Source: an uncultured virus (IMG/VR IMGVR_UViG_2706794599_000005) (Duplodnaviria; Heunggongvirae; Uroviricota; Caudoviricetes). From it: a stretch of 64,000 nucleotides of DNA. Within the stretch, counting starts at the first letter, position 1, and each line of letters begins with the position of its first letter. Under the pieces are notes generated by a model. It searched no databases. It had not been told where the DNA came from and was given only the letters and a program-made list of their open reading frames with translations. The stretch lies in the IMG/VR virus record IMGVR_UViG_2706794599_000005; one strand, given 5' to 3'. Below, one piece after another: positions 35,875-46,811 of this stretch. The translations under genes and the position numbers were made by a program.

Positions 35875-38363
35875 TGGCTGAGAATGTCGGCAGCATCTAC
35901 TACACCGTCGAGGCGGATACCTCCAGCCTCGTCAACGGTGCGAACGCCGCCGATCGCTCGCTGGACAGCATGCAGGGTTCTATGCAGCGGACCGATGCGA
36001 CTGCTGGGAAGTTGCAGACCCGCATGACCAGGGTGGCCGGGGCTGTGCGGCAGGCCAACCAGCAGATCGGCGCCCAAACCTCGGCATACAGCGGGCTGAC
36101 CCGGGTCGTTGCTGCTTACCTTTCGCTCCGGACGCTCCAGTCGGTCATCGAACTATCCGACCAGTACGGCCAGATGGCCTCGCGCATTCGGAACGCTACC
36201 AGTAGCGCCGAAGAGTACGCCATGGTGCAGGAGCGGCTGTTGCAGACCGCCAACGGCACATTCCGGGCGCTGAGCGAGGCTCAAGAGGTCTACCTGGCTA
36301 CGGCTGACACGCTCCGGGATCTCGGCTACACCACGTCCGACGTCCTGGACATCACCGACTCGTTCTCCTACGCGCTGGTTCGCGATGCCGCTCGCGCCGA
36401 CCAAGCCACCACCGCCATGGATGCGTGGTCCAAGGCGCTGATGAAGAACAAGGTCGAAGCCGATGGCTGGGCCTCGATCATGGCCGCGACGCCGTCGATC
36501 GTAGAGGGCATCGCCGAGGCTACTGGCCGGACCCAGGCTGAAATCCGGCAGTTGGGCGCCAGCGGGAAGCTGTCTGTCGAGGCGTTGAACGAAGGGTTGC
36601 GCCGCACCCGGGACGAGAACAAGGCACTGGCCGATGAGATGGAAACATCGGTCGCAGACTCGTTTACCAAGCTGCGCAACAGCATGACGGTGTTCATCGG
36701 AAAGGTGAACGAGTCGAGCGGCGCCAGCCAGATTCTGACCAGCAACATCGCCGAGCTCGCGGATGCATTGCAGGACCCCGAGACCATTCGTGCCGCCCAG
36801 GAGTTGGCGGCCGGGGTGGTAGGCGCCCTCAACCAGATCATCGCCGGCGCGAAAGAAACCGTTCGGATCGTCAAATGGGCGGCCGAGGGAATTGCCGCGG
36901 CGCTACACGGCGCTGCGTCTGACGATATTGTCCGCCTGGAGGACCAGCTCAACACGTACCAGGAGATGCTGGCCAACCCGCTGAAGCGCCTGCGCATCGG
37001 TGGGAAAGGGCAGGCGATCGCGCTGTTCAGTGAGGACGAAATCAAGGCGAACATCGCCGCGACACAAGCGCTGATCGACCAGTTCTACAAGGACCAGGAG
37101 AAGAAGCCTCCGGTAGTCGTGCCGAATGTGGCTCCACCATCCACCCAGGGGAAATCGGGCGGTAAGACAGGGACTGTCAACGCCGAGGCCGCTGCCACGA
37201 CAGGCACGAAGAAGCTCACCGAGGCGCAGAAGGCAGCCAAGAAAGCCGCTCAGGAACTCGCCCAGGCGCAGAAGGAAAACATCGACACCATTGCCAGCCT
37301 CGGCCAGCAACTCGCTCTTGTCGGCCTGAAGGGCAAGGAACTGATGCAGACCCAGGCTGAACTTCAACTCAACGAGTACGCCACGCCGGAGCAGGTCGCC
37401 CAGGTCCGCGCGCTCGCCGCGGCACTGTACGAAGCGCAACAGATCGAAGCCAACAAGCAGTTGCTGGGTCAGATGGACCCGATCGCCGGCGAAGATCAGC
37501 GCTACCAGACCGAGTTGGAGAACCTGAAAAAACTGAACGAGGCAAAGTTGCTCGAGGACCAGCGCTACCTGGAACTCAAGGCGCAGGCAGAGCAACAGCA
37601 CGATGCCACGATGAAGCAACTGGAGGAGGAGCGATTCCGCCGCCAGGCTGCTGGCAACGAGATGATCATGGCAACGCTTGATCAGGTGCAGCAGGCCGGC
37701 ACGAACGCTCTGACAGGGCTGATAACCGGGGCGAACAATGGTGCTGACGCCATGCGACAACTGGCCGGCGCCATGCTGAACCAAGTCGTCGGCGCCCTCG
37801 TCAAGGTCGGCATCGAGCAGGCGAAGAACTTCATCATGGGTCAGGCCCAGCAGGCGGCTGCGGCGACGACAGCCGCAGCGACCGGCGCCGCTATGGCTTC
37901 TGCCTATGCGCCAGCCGCTGCTGCCGCTTCGGTTGCGTCATTCGGCGGGGCGGCAACGGCTGGTCTTACCGCAATGGCGGCCGCCATCCCGGCAATGCTT
38001 GGGATGTTCGCTGGAGGTCGCCAGTACGGCGGTCCCGTAGGGGCGGGCGGCATGTATCGGATCAACGAGAACGGCGCACCAGAGGTATTCCAGGCTGCGA
38101 ATGGCCGGCAGTACATGCTGCCGAACACCCGTGGAGAGGTGATCAGCAACGGCGACGCCTCCGCTCAAGGCTCGCCGCAGATCAGCCTGCAGATCATCAA
38201 CAACGGTCCGCCGGTTTCCGCCACCGCCGCCATGGACGGGAACAACCTGCGGGTAACTCTCGATGCGGTCGAGCAGGACTTTGCCAACAAGGTTTCGTCT
38301 GGCCAGGGGCTTTACCCGAAAGCAATCGAAGGCGCCTATGGATTCAAGAGGGCAGGGCGATGA
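35874..38363 (+). CDS. Tail tape measure protein
   Basis: 829 aa Ala-rich helical protein; RQYGGPV..YRINENGAPEVF C-terminus. Confidence 0.92.
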   Translation: MAENVGSIYYTVEADTSSLVNGANAADRSLDSMQGSMQRTDATAGKLQTRMTRVAGAVRQANQQIGAQTSAYSGLTRVVAAYLSLRTLQSVIELSDQYGQMASRIRNATSSAEEYAMVQERLLQTANGTFRALSEAQEVYLATADTLRDLGYTTSDVLDITDSFSYALVRDAARADQATTAMDAWSKALMKNKVEADGWASIMAATPSIVEGIAEATGRTQAEIRQLGASGKLSVEALNEGLRRTRDENKALADEMETSVADSFTKLRNSMTVFIGKVNESSGASQILTSNIAELADALQDPETIRAAQELAAGVVGALNQIIAGAKETVRIVKWAAEGIAAALHGAASDDIVRLEDQLNTYQEMLANPLKRLRIGGKGQAIALFSEDEIKANIAATQALIDQFYKDQEKKPPVVVPNVAPPSTQGKSGGKTGTVNAEAAATTGTKKLTEAQKAAKKAAQELAQAQKENIDTIASLGQQLALVGLKGKELMQTQAELQLNEYATPEQVAQVRALAAALYEAQQIEANKQLLGQMDPIAGEDQRYQTELENLKKLNEAKLLEDQRYLELKAQAEQQHDATMKQLEEERFRRQAAGNEMIMATLDQVQQAGTNALTGLITGANNGADAMRQLAGAMLNQVVGALVKVGIEQAKNFIMGQAQQAAAATTAAATGAAMASAYAPAAAAASVASFGGAATAGLTAMAAAIPAMLGMFAGGRQYGGPVGAGGMYRINENGAPEVFQAANGRQYMLPNTRGEVISNGDASAQGSPQISLQIINNGPPVSATAAMDGNNLRVTLDAVEQDFANKVSSGQGLYPKAIEGAYGFKRAGR

Positions 38364-38827
38364 TCAAATGGCCTGATGGCCTTCCCTTTCCGCTCAGGGA
38401 GGGGTACGGCTTCAAGACGGTTGAACCAATGGCCAGGACCGCCCTCCAGAGCGGCCGGGCACGCTATCGACGGAACTTCAGCAGCGTGCCGGTTGCTCTG
38501 GAGGTTTCTTGGCTGTTCACCGCTGAGCAGGCGCGTCTGTTCAAGGGGTGGTACCGAGACGTCCTGAAAGACGGCGTCAAGTGGTTCGAGTGCGAGCTCA
38601 GAACGGAAGAAGGCATTGTTCCGTGCCACCTGCACTTCGAGGGGATCTACGACGGTGGATATCTCGTCGGGCGCGACCACTGGCGCTTCAACGCGACCGT
38701 CGTGATGCGAGAGCGTTCGATCATCGATCCTGGGTGGGCTGAGATTCTGCCCGAGTACATCCTCCTCGCTGACATCTTCGACATCGCGATGAACAGGGAG
38801 TGGCCTCGACATGGCGACGGCTCTTGA
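38360..38827 (+). CDS. Distal tail protein
   Basis: RTALQSGRARYRR motif after the tape measure gene. Confidence 0.7.
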   Translation: MIKWPDGLPFPLREGYGFKTVEPMARTALQSGRARYRRNFSSVPVALEVSWLFTAEQARLFKGWYRDVLKDGVKWFECELRTEEGIVPCHLHFEGIYDGGYLVGRDHWRFNATVVMRERSIIDPGWAEILPEYILLADIFDIAMNREWPRHGDGS

Positions 38828-39302
38828 GCGGTTCTATGCCTCAGGCGGTGACGACCTGAAGCTCGCCACGATCGAGTTGTCATGCCCGGCGTGGCCCGAG
38901 CCTATCCTCATCTGTCAGGGCTATGACGACATCACCTGCATGACTGAAGACGGGCGGCTGCTGACGTTCGTCGCCGGTGCGATCGACGTATCGATTCCGA
39001 AGCGAGACAACAGCGGAAACCAGAACGTTGGATTTGCAATCGACAACGTGACCGGATTCGCCCAGCAGCGTATCAACGAAGCCCTGGAGGCGGGCGAGTA
39101 TGTAACCCTGATTCTGCGGATGTACCTGGAGAGCGATCTCACAGCACCTGCTGAGCGTCCGTACCGGATGAGGGTCAAGACGCCGGGTTTCGAAGGTCTC
39201 ACTGTCCAGGTGGAGGCCGGCTACTACGACCTCATCAACACCGCCGCGCTGCGCCACATCTACAACGTTAGCGAGTTCCCTGGCCTCAAATACTGGCCCT
39301 GA
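38811..39302 (+). CDS. Minor tail protein (DUF1833)
   Basis: AIDNVTG and FPGL motifs; synteny. Confidence 0.75.
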   Translation: MATALERFYASGGDDLKLATIELSCPAWPEPILICQGYDDITCMTEDGRLLTFVAGAIDVSIPKRDNSGNQNVGFAIDNVTGFAQQRINEALEAGEYVTLILRMYLESDLTAPAERPYRMRVKTPGFEGLTVQVEAGYYDLINTAALRHIYNVSEFPGLKYWP

Positions 39303-39306
39303 TCCC

Positions 39307-39714
39307 ATGCCGAACAGATACCTCACCGCCATCTATACCGAGGGCGGGCGGGCCCTGCCGTGCCTTGACTGCTGGGGCCTGACGCTCATCGCGCGGGTTG
39401 AGTTGTTCGGGCTGCCGATGCTGACCGACTTCGGCGGTGTCACGCGGCGCACCCCGGTTACGATGCAAAGGGCGTGCGATGCGGAGATCCACCGCGCGCT
39501 AGAGCAATGCGAGCCAGGACCTGGGGTCATCGCCGCGGCCTACAGAGGGCGGCTGCTCGATCACGTAGGTCTGCTGGTCGAAGTGGATGGACGCCTCCGG
39601 GTTCTCGAAATCAACCCGGGAAGCGGGGTTTCACTCACCCCGCTCCAGAAGTTCTCCGACAAATACTCCAAGGTGGTCTTCTACCGTGATCGAAATCTAC
39701 CCATCGCTCCTTGA
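39307..39714 (+). CDS. NlpC/P60-like tail assembly protein
   Basis: GGR..LDCWGL..HVGL. Confidence 0.8.
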   Translation: MPNRYLTAIYTEGGRALPCLDCWGLTLIARVELFGLPMLTDFGGVTRRTPVTMQRACDAEIHRALEQCEPGPGVIAAAYRGRLLDHVGLLVEVDGRLRVLEINPGSGVSLTPLQKFSDKYSKVVFYRDRNLPIAP

Positions 39715-42415
39715 CGGAGAACCGCTGGAGCGGCATCCGATCGGCCGCAGGATGACGATTCATTCCTGGCTGACCGCGAATTCGCCCGGGTACCGCTGCC
39801 ACGACGTACACCCGTTCTCTATCTGTGTTGTCCCCGCTGAGGTTGCGCTCTGCGATGACCTCACCGACAAGCAGAAAAAGGCCCATGAGGAGTTCATCCA
39901 TCCCGGTGAGTGGGCCGAGCGCATCATCGACCGCGGCGACATTGTGAGGATCTACAAGCTCCCGCGCGGGACTGATCCGTTCACGATTACTGCGGCCCTT
40001 TTCAAGGGGGCGCAATCGGTTTTTCGGATGCTCATGCCTCAATTGCCCGGCATGCCGACGAACCCCGGGCAGGGCGCGTCGCTCTCTGAAACTAGCGCGC
40101 GCGGGAACAAGGTAAAACTCGGCGATGCGATCCGCGAAGTCGCTGGCCGTCGTCTGATTTATCCAGACTACATCCTGCCGCCCCGGAAGTATTTCGCCGG
40201 TCCGCGTGAGCAGTGGACCGAAATGCTCCTGTGTATTGGCCGTGGTCGGTTCCAGATCGCCGAAGGGGCAGCGAAAATCGGTGACACGTCGTTCCTGGCA
40301 CTGGGCGCTGATGCCTCTTTCCAGATTTTCGAACCAGGGCAGAACGTCAGCGGGCACCCGGCATCGGTCTGGTGGCACCTGGTTGAGGAAGTTGGTGCGA
40401 GCTCGACTGGTAATGCCGGCCTGGACCTGACCGAGAGTTCCAATCTCACCCCGAACCCGTCGGCAACTACGTTCACGTTTTCCGGAACGAACATCATCAT
40501 TTCTGCCGGAGCCGGGTCGTTCCCCTCTGACTGGGTTGCGGGGACGATCCTCCGGGTTGAGGCGATGTACCCCTATTCGGTGAACGATGGCGGCGGGACG
40601 AATCGCGACGTCGTGACAGGGGATATCGCTCAGCTCGGGCTGGATGTTGGCGATGAGATCGAGGTGGTCGGCACCAACGGCGGCCTCTACCTGGTGAACG
40701 ACATCACCTCAACGTCGATGACGCTCAACTACAGCAACGGTTCGCCGGCCAATGCGTTGCAGACCGGCTCCGGAAATGCAGCAATCGGCCCGCGTGGGCT
40801 GCGCTATCGGATCACGGCGTACAGCGCGCAGCAACTCACCGTCGAGCGGCTGACCAGTGCGGGCGGTGTCGATGTTGACTGGCCAGGATTCACCGCTCTC
40901 AATTCGTCTACGTCCCGAGTCACCATTGATCCGACCAGCCTAGAAGGGGGCTGGCGCGGTCCCTTCCCGGCGTGCCCTGTATCGGAGAAGACCAACTTCG
41001 TCGAGATCGACGTATTTTGCCCGGAAGGGCTTTGCGGTGTAGGCAGGGAAGGGCAGATCTACCAGATCCGCACCTATTACGACATCCAGTGGCGAGACAT
41101 GGCCATCGGCGGCGCATGGACGACGGTCAGCAAGAACCATGCTGGCAGTTCTCTCGACCAGCAGGGTTTTACGGACGGCATCCCGCTGCCGTACATGATG
41201 CGGCCCGAGTTTCGCATCAGAAAAGTTTTCGTCAACCAGGGCGGCAACTCAACATCCGAGTACCGAGACCGCACCCAGTGGTACGGGATGCGCGCGCGCC
41301 TCCAGGCTCCATCGTCCTACGCCGGCGTCACGACAATGGCTGTCCGGTATCGGTCGTCTGACCGCATCGCGGCGCAGACCGAAAGCCGCGTCTCGGTAGA
41401 GGCCACTCGCATGCTCCCAACCCGCCAGGGTGGAGCATGGACGAGCGAGATCGCTACGCGAGACATCGTCCCGTTCCTCTGCTACATCGCGAAGGAGCGC
41501 GGCTACACCGATGCGGATCTCGATCTCGAAGAACTGGATCGGCTGGACGCCATCTGGAAGGCCCGCGGCGACACGTTCGACATGATCTACGAGGACGGTA
41601 AGGTCACGGTCGCCCAGATCATGGACGACGTGCTTGCGGCCGGGTACGCCGAGAAGACCATCAAGCGCGGCGTGATCTCTGCGGCCCGAGACGAGCCAAG
41701 GACAACATTCGGGCACATGTACTCGCCGCAGAACATGGATGGTCCACTGAGGATCAGCATCAGCGCTCCGTCAGAGGACGACTACGACGGAGTTGATGTG
41801 GAGTTCGTCAATGCCAACGGCTGGATCGAAGATACCGTCCAGTGCCGCCTGCCCGGCGATGTCGGTCGGAAGGTCGAGAAAATCACGGCTGTCGGCGTAA
41901 CAAACCGCGACCGAGCCTGGCGCTACGGGATGCGCCGCAGGATGGCACAGCGATACCGGCGAACCGAGTATTCGTTCGATACCGGCCTCGACGCGCTGAA
42001 CAGCGAGTTCTGGGATTACGTGGCCCTCGCCGGCGATGTTCCCGGTCCCGGATTGGCGCAGAGCGCATACCTAAAATCGTTCGTGATCTCGGGAAACTCG
42101 GTGCTGATCGAGTCCAGCGAGCCGCTCGACTGGTCGCTGCTGAACTCTCCAGCACTGTACCTGCGCCGTCCAGACGGAACGGTATCCGGCGGATACCCGG
42201 CATCTCGGATCGACGACTACCGGCTGAGCATTCCCAGCATCGATTTCGTCCCTGATGTTTCCTGGGAGATCGAGCCGCCGCACATGCTGCTGGGGAACCC
42301 ATACCCGGCCCTGATCAGTTCAATCGATCCCAAAGGCAATACCGCTGCGTCCGTTCGTGCGGTGAACTACGACCCCAGGGTCTACACCTTCGACGACGCC
42401 AGCGCCCCCAACTGA
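39686..42415 (+). CDS. Central tail tip / host-specificity protein (TipJ family)
   Basis: 909 aa; ARGNKVKLGDAIREVAG start, VNYDPRVY end. Confidence 0.85.
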   Translation: MIEIYPSLLDGEPLERHPIGRRMTIHSWLTANSPGYRCHDVHPFSICVVPAEVALCDDLTDKQKKAHEEFIHPGEWAERIIDRGDIVRIYKLPRGTDPFTITAALFKGAQSVFRMLMPQLPGMPTNPGQGASLSETSARGNKVKLGDAIREVAGRRLIYPDYILPPRKYFAGPREQWTEMLLCIGRGRFQIAEGAAKIGDTSFLALGADASFQIFEPGQNVSGHPASVWWHLVEEVGASSTGNAGLDLTESSNLTPNPSATTFTFSGTNIIISAGAGSFPSDWVAGTILRVEAMYPYSVNDGGGTNRDVVTGDIAQLGLDVGDEIEVVGTNGGLYLVNDITSTSMTLNYSNGSPANALQTGSGNAAIGPRGLRYRITAYSAQQLTVERLTSAGGVDVDWPGFTALNSSTSRVTIDPTSLEGGWRGPFPACPVSEKTNFVEIDVFCPEGLCGVGREGQIYQIRTYYDIQWRDMAIGGAWTTVSKNHAGSSLDQQGFTDGIPLPYMMRPEFRIRKVFVNQGGNSTSEYRDRTQWYGMRARLQAPSSYAGVTTMAVRYRSSDRIAAQTESRVSVEATRMLPTRQGGAWTSEIATRDIVPFLCYIAKERGYTDADLDLEELDRLDAIWKARGDTFDMIYEDGKVTVAQIMDDVLAAGYAEKTIKRGVISAARDEPRTTFGHMYSPQNMDGPLRISISAPSEDDYDGVDVEFVNANGWIEDTVQCRLPGDVGRKVEKITAVGVTNRDRAWRYGMRRRMAQRYRRTEYSFDTGLDALNSEFWDYVALAGDVPGPGLAQSAYLKSFVISGNSVLIESSEPLDWSLLNSPALYLRRPDGTVSGGYPASRIDDYRLSIPSIDFVPDVSWEIEPPHMLLGNPYPALISSIDPKGNTAASVRAVNYDPRVYTFDDASAPN

Positions 42416-42433
42416 CCGCACACACAAATCCAG

Positions 42434-42457
42434 AGCCCGCCATAGAGCGGGCTTTTT
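42434..42457 (+). terminator. Intrinsic terminator before tailspike
   Basis: AGCCCGC-N6-GCGGGCT-TTTT. Confidence 0.7.
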
Positions 42458-42475
42458 CATGCTCGGAGAATTTGC

Positions 42476-44155
42476 ATGACTACGTATGCCACCGGCAATC
42501 CGCTTGGCTCCAAAGACCCGCGCGACTTGTACGACAACGCCGAGAACTTCGACGCGGCAATGAACGACCGCGTGAACGTGGCGTGGAGTGACCGATTCGG
42601 CGTCTCTAGAAAAACCTGGTTTGGAGTCGAACAGCAGGTCAACGACTTCCTCGCCAACGCCGGCTTCGAGCCGGTGCCGCTGGAGTACGTCGATGGCACT
42701 CCGCTTACCGTTGATCGGCCAACACAACTGATTGAGCGCGATGGGAACTTATACAGCGTCAAGCTTCCAGCATCGTTCCCTGTAAACCTTACTGGGAACT
42801 GGGCCACCGACGAGAGTCTGCTGGTTGCCCAGGTCGACCGCTCGCTGCGTCAGCAGTTGAGAGCTCCGGGTGGCGCCGGAATGATGGGTTACGATCCGGC
42901 GGAAACGTACCCATCAGATACGGTTGGGTACGAACTGCAGGCGCTACGTTCTGCTCGGCGCATTGCGATAAGTTCGTTCTGGCCAGCCGGCGGAGGAGAT
43001 GACGGTACTTCCGCATGCGAGGCCGCGATTGTTGCGGCTGGGGCTGGCGGAGAGGTGTTCTTTGACGTCCCTGACTTCATCATCACTCGAAAGCTGGTGC
43101 AGCTTTCGAACCAGAAGTGGTACGGGCGCGGAGGGCAGCGAGGGACGACGATTCGTAAGGGGGCGGACATTGATATGATCGATGTTGCCTCTCTTGGCAC
43201 AATCATTGACATCAACCTAGAGGGGGACGGCCAAAACTTCAGCGGTAAGGGATTCCGAATTCCCGCGGGCTTCAGCCAAACGATCGAGCGCTGCCGAGCG
43301 GTCAACATGGGTGGAGAACCCATGTATTTTGAGCCGAACGCCGGCGGTGGAGCGAACATATACACGTTTGAGGGATATCCTACTGATACGTCACTATATG
43401 CTGGTATCGCGATCGCTGGGGACACCGCTCCTCACCCGAGGTTCTTCCGCGGGATTTGGCTCTCCGGCGCTAATTTCGCGCTCGGGCCAGGAGCAGGAAA
43501 TGGCAGTTCAATGACTGGCTTTTATATACGGGAACTGCGATTTGATCCGACGTCGACGCTATTCCATCTCTCGAATGGTCGATGTGCGACGTTAGGAGAA
43601 ACAACAACACTCCGAGGTTTCGATCACACCCTCGATGGTGTCGCGTTCTCTGGACCGGTAGCCCTTGAGAATGCTCAGGGCATCAATATTGGATCGTCGT
43701 GCACTGTTCCCAGTTTGATTGAGAATCCGAATAACAGTAGATACAACTCTGTCCATGTTCAGCGGAGAACATACACTCCAGTCTGGACCCAGGCTACAGC
43801 TGCACCATCGATCGGGAATGGAACAATCACTGGGAACTATACACGCGCTGGACATGAGTGTTTCGTAAACATTCAGTTCGTTTCTGGATCAACAACAACA
43901 TATGGAGACGGTTCGTCTGCATATAGATTTTCCTTGCCATTTCCTGGTCATATTGAGTATACGCAGTCAGGGTTCCCAGTGAGAGTTTCTGATGTTAGTT
44001 CCGGTGTTGACTTCACAGTGTGGGGGCAAATTGGTGCAGGTCTTAACTATATTACTCTGTTTGGGGGTGGTGGCCAGCAGGTAAGGAACGGATTCCCGAT
44101 GGCTTGGGCTGCTGGGGATATCATATGGATGCGCTTCGCTTATGATGTTAGGTAG
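42476..44155 (+). CDS. Tailspike / receptor-binding protein
   Basis: Conserved-type N-terminus YATGNPLGSKDPRDLYDNA; beta-helix-like, AT-richer C-terminal part. Confidence 0.85.
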   Translation: MTTYATGNPLGSKDPRDLYDNAENFDAAMNDRVNVAWSDRFGVSRKTWFGVEQQVNDFLANAGFEPVPLEYVDGTPLTVDRPTQLIERDGNLYSVKLPASFPVNLTGNWATDESLLVAQVDRSLRQQLRAPGGAGMMGYDPAETYPSDTVGYELQALRSARRIAISSFWPAGGGDDGTSACEAAIVAAGAGGEVFFDVPDFIITRKLVQLSNQKWYGRGGQRGTTIRKGADIDMIDVASLGTIIDINLEGDGQNFSGKGFRIPAGFSQTIERCRAVNMGGEPMYFEPNAGGGANIYTFEGYPTDTSLYAGIAIAGDTAPHPRFFRGIWLSGANFALGPGAGNGSSMTGFYIRELRFDPTSTLFHLSNGRCATLGETTTLRGFDHTLDGVAFSGPVALENAQGINIGSSCTVPSLIENPNNSRYNSVHVQRRTYTPVWTQATAAPSIGNGTITGNYTRAGHECFVNIQFVSGSTTTYGDGSSAYRFSLPFPGHIEYTQSGFPVRVSDVSSGVDFTVWGQIGAGLNYITLFGGGGQQVRNGFPMAWAAGDIIWMRFAYDVR

Positions 44156-44165
44156 AGCATGGCCG

Positions 44166-46097
44166 CTATCGCGGCCATGTTTTCTTGTTTAGGCTTTTTA
44201 TTATCTCTAGACTCGCTATGTCAGACCCTTCCTTCGATAAGTGGGTAGGGTCTGAGTATAGTATTTTCCCGTCCCTGAACGGAGTGCATGAACCGTTGCT
44301 GCAGAGAGAGGGGGATACATCTACAAAGTGCGTTTTGTTGTGTTTTCTTGCAAACTCAATCAATATTGAATTTGTTTCTTCTGATTTCGAGTCTGACTTT
44401 CTATACGAGATAATGCTTTCGCATCTCTGATGTATATAGGACGGGCGCATTAGGCATGAAGCTGTGTCTAAGCTGTTTGACTTAAATGGCTGACCGCCAA
44501 CGATATATAAGTCTCGGTCTCCTATGTCTTCTCTGATTTTTTCAAGCCAGTCAATTATTATATCTCTTCTCGAGGCTCCTTTTAATTCGACATTTTCCCC
44601 ATTTCTATTTGATATCTGACCGCTATATCCACCCCAGGATTGAGCAATAATTAGTGGTAGATTGTTTCCTTGAAGAGCCTTGATCGCGTTATTGTATGTG
44701 GCTTTGCAGTCTTCTCTTGGGGTTCCATTGAGGATACGTGTGTACTCCCCAGAGATCACGCATCCATGCCTAAAGAACCCAAGCATGTATGAGCCGTCTT
44801 TTCGAAGAGCCTTGTCTAGACCAGTGGCGTACTGTAGAGCGAAACTATCCCCAGTTATTATCGCTACTGCTTCACCTTTTTTGTCACCCAGAAAAGCCTC
44901 TAGCGGAAATCCGTATCCACCATAGTTTAACTTGTGGTATTCGGCCGGGTTTTCCATAAGCGACCGGTATGATTCTGGTATTCTCTGAGGAAGTCCGTTA
45001 TTATTGATTACCGCTTTTGCACCATAAAAACACCCGGCAACTGTAAAAGCTATTGCTCCATATCCCGCAATTCTAAGTGATCTGGTCTTTGTTATGAATC
45101 TCTTCTCTATTAAGTGGTGAAGAAGTGCGCCAATTATTAGCGAAGCTACAAGAAGTGAGACTTTTTCAGAGATCACTATGTCTCTGAATATGTAATATTT
45201 ATAGAAAACATTTAAAGGCCAGTGGACTAGGTATACAGAGTAAGATATTAGCCCTACGTATACCACAGGTCGCATGCGCAGAATTGCGGCAGCCGTCGAA
45301 TCTCCTGAATATATGCAGATAATAGCTCCAAGGCACGGCAGAGCAGCCCTGAACCCAGGGAATGGTGAGGAAGAGTCGAGCAACAGCGCCGGCATTATTA
45401 TTAAAGCGAGTCCGATGAAGAATATAACAGATGCTTGCAATCCGGTTTTTTTATGGTGCTCCAAGTAGACGACAAGCGCCCCTGCGGAAAGTTCGAAAAC
45501 CCTAAAAGGAATTAGAAAATATGCTGCCGAAGAGTCGTGACTTAGCCAAATCTGCGATGCTACCAGGGATCCTGCTGTAAGTAATGAAAGAACGACAACA
45601 AAGAAACGCTCTGATACTTTCAGGGAGGCCCATACGATGAATGGCCACACCAAATAAAATTGCCATTCAGCAGCTAGGGACCATGTGTGCAATAATGGTT
45701 GCGTATGAGCTGACGGGTCAAAATAATCCTGATTAATCCAGAAATAAATGTTCGATGCTGAAAATAGCGCGTACTGCCCTGACTTTGCAAGGTTTGAAAA
45801 TGACGCCGGGTCAAATAGAAGATATCCAATGGCTAGGCAAGCAGCCACCGTAACTATTAGCGCAGGATGCAGCCTAAGTAATCGTCTTGCAAAGAAAGAT
45901 GTGAAGGAAAATGCACCTTGTAAAACGCCTTTCCGGATTACTTCAGTTATCAAATATCCTGATATTACAAAGAATACGTCAACCCCTATAAATCCACCGC
46001 TGACGCCAAGGTCGAAGTGGAATAGGAGAACAAGAATAACTGCGATGGCGCGTAGTCCGTCTATGTCAGGCCTGTATTTCAGGCTCTTGCTATGCAT
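44166..46097 (-). CDS. O-antigen/LPS acetyltransferase (acyltransferase-3 plus SGNH, OafA-type)
   Basis: YRPDIDGLRAIAV, GFIGVDVFFVISGYLIT, HTWSLAAEWQFY; SGNH motifs GDS and DPTH; low GC. Confidence 0.92.
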   Translation of the reverse strand: MHSKSLKYRPDIDGLRAIAVILVLLFHFDLGVSGGFIGVDVFFVISGYLITEVIRKGVLQGAFSFTSFFARRLLRLHPALIVTVAACLAIGYLLFDPASFSNLAKSGQYALFSASNIYFWINQDYFDPSAHTQPLLHTWSLAAEWQFYLVWPFIVWASLKVSERFFVVVLSLLTAGSLVASQIWLSHDSSAAYFLIPFRVFELSAGALVVYLEHHKKTGLQASVIFFIGLALIIMPALLLDSSSPFPGFRAALPCLGAIICIYSGDSTAAAILRMRPVVYVGLISYSVYLVHWPLNVFYKYYIFRDIVISEKVSLLVASLIIGALLHHLIEKRFITKTRSLRIAGYGAIAFTVAGCFYGAKAVINNNGLPQRIPESYRSLMENPAEYHKLNYGGYGFPLEAFLGDKKGEAVAIITGDSFALQYATGLDKALRKDGSYMLGFFRHGCVISGEYTRILNGTPREDCKATYNNAIKALQGNNLPLIIAQSWGGYSGQISNRNGENVELKGASRRDIIIDWLEKIREDIGDRDLYIVGGQPFKSNSLDTASCLMRPSYIHQRCESIISYRKSDSKSEETNSILIEFARKHNKTHFVDVSPSLCSNGSCTPFRDGKILYSDPTHLSKEGSDIASLEIIKSLNKKTWPR

Positions 46098-46181
46098 TGC
46101 GGATCCTTCTCTAGGTGTAAAACAGGCGCGAATGATAGCGGTCATTTCGTGAACAGTCATTGATCAGAACAAGGAGCATGC

Positions 46182-46811
46182 ATGCCAATCACCGAGCAGC
46201 AATTGCTGCAGATCCTCCCGAACGCCGGCCCTCGAGCCGGCGTTTTTGTTGGTGCGCTGAACCGCGGGATGACGCGGTTCGGTATCACGTCGCCGGTGCG
46301 CGCGGCGGCATTCCTCGCCCAAGTTGGCCACGAAAGCGGCCAGTTGACCCGCCTGGTGGAGAACCTCAACTACAGCGCGCGCGGCTTGGCGGCGACCTGG
46401 CCGAGCCGGTACCGCGATGCCGACGGCCAGCCCAACGCCCTGGCGCAGCGCCTGGCGCGGAACCCACGGGCTATCGCCAACAACGCCTACGCCTCGCGCA
46501 ACGGCAATGGCGACGAGGCGTCCGGCGACGGCTGGCGCTTCCGCGGGCGCGGCCTCTTACAGATCACCGGCCGGTCGAACTACCGCGCCGCCGGCGCCGG
46601 GCTGGGCCAGCCGCTGGAGGCTGAGCCCGAGCTTCTCGAGCAACCGGAGTGGGCGGCGCTGTCCGCCGCCTGGTGGTGGTCGACGCACGGCCTGAACGAC
46701 CTGGCCGACCGCGGCGAGTTCGCCGCCATCACTCGGCGCATCAACGGCGGCACGAACGGCCAGGCGGAGCGCTTGGCGCTGTGGGAGCGGGCCAAGGCGG
46801 TGCTGTCGTGA
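46182..46811 (+). CDS. Glycoside hydrolase family 19 endolysin
   Basis: AAFLAQVGHES..ENLNYS..FRGRGLLQITGRSNY..TRRINGG. Confidence 0.93.
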   Translation: MPITEQQLLQILPNAGPRAGVFVGALNRGMTRFGITSPVRAAAFLAQVGHESGQLTRLVENLNYSARGLAATWPSRYRDADGQPNALAQRLARNPRAIANNAYASRNGNGDEASGDGWRFRGRGLLQITGRSNYRAAGAGLGQPLEAEPELLEQPEWAALSAAWWWSTHGLNDLADRGEFAAITRRINGGTNGQAERLALWERAKAVLS

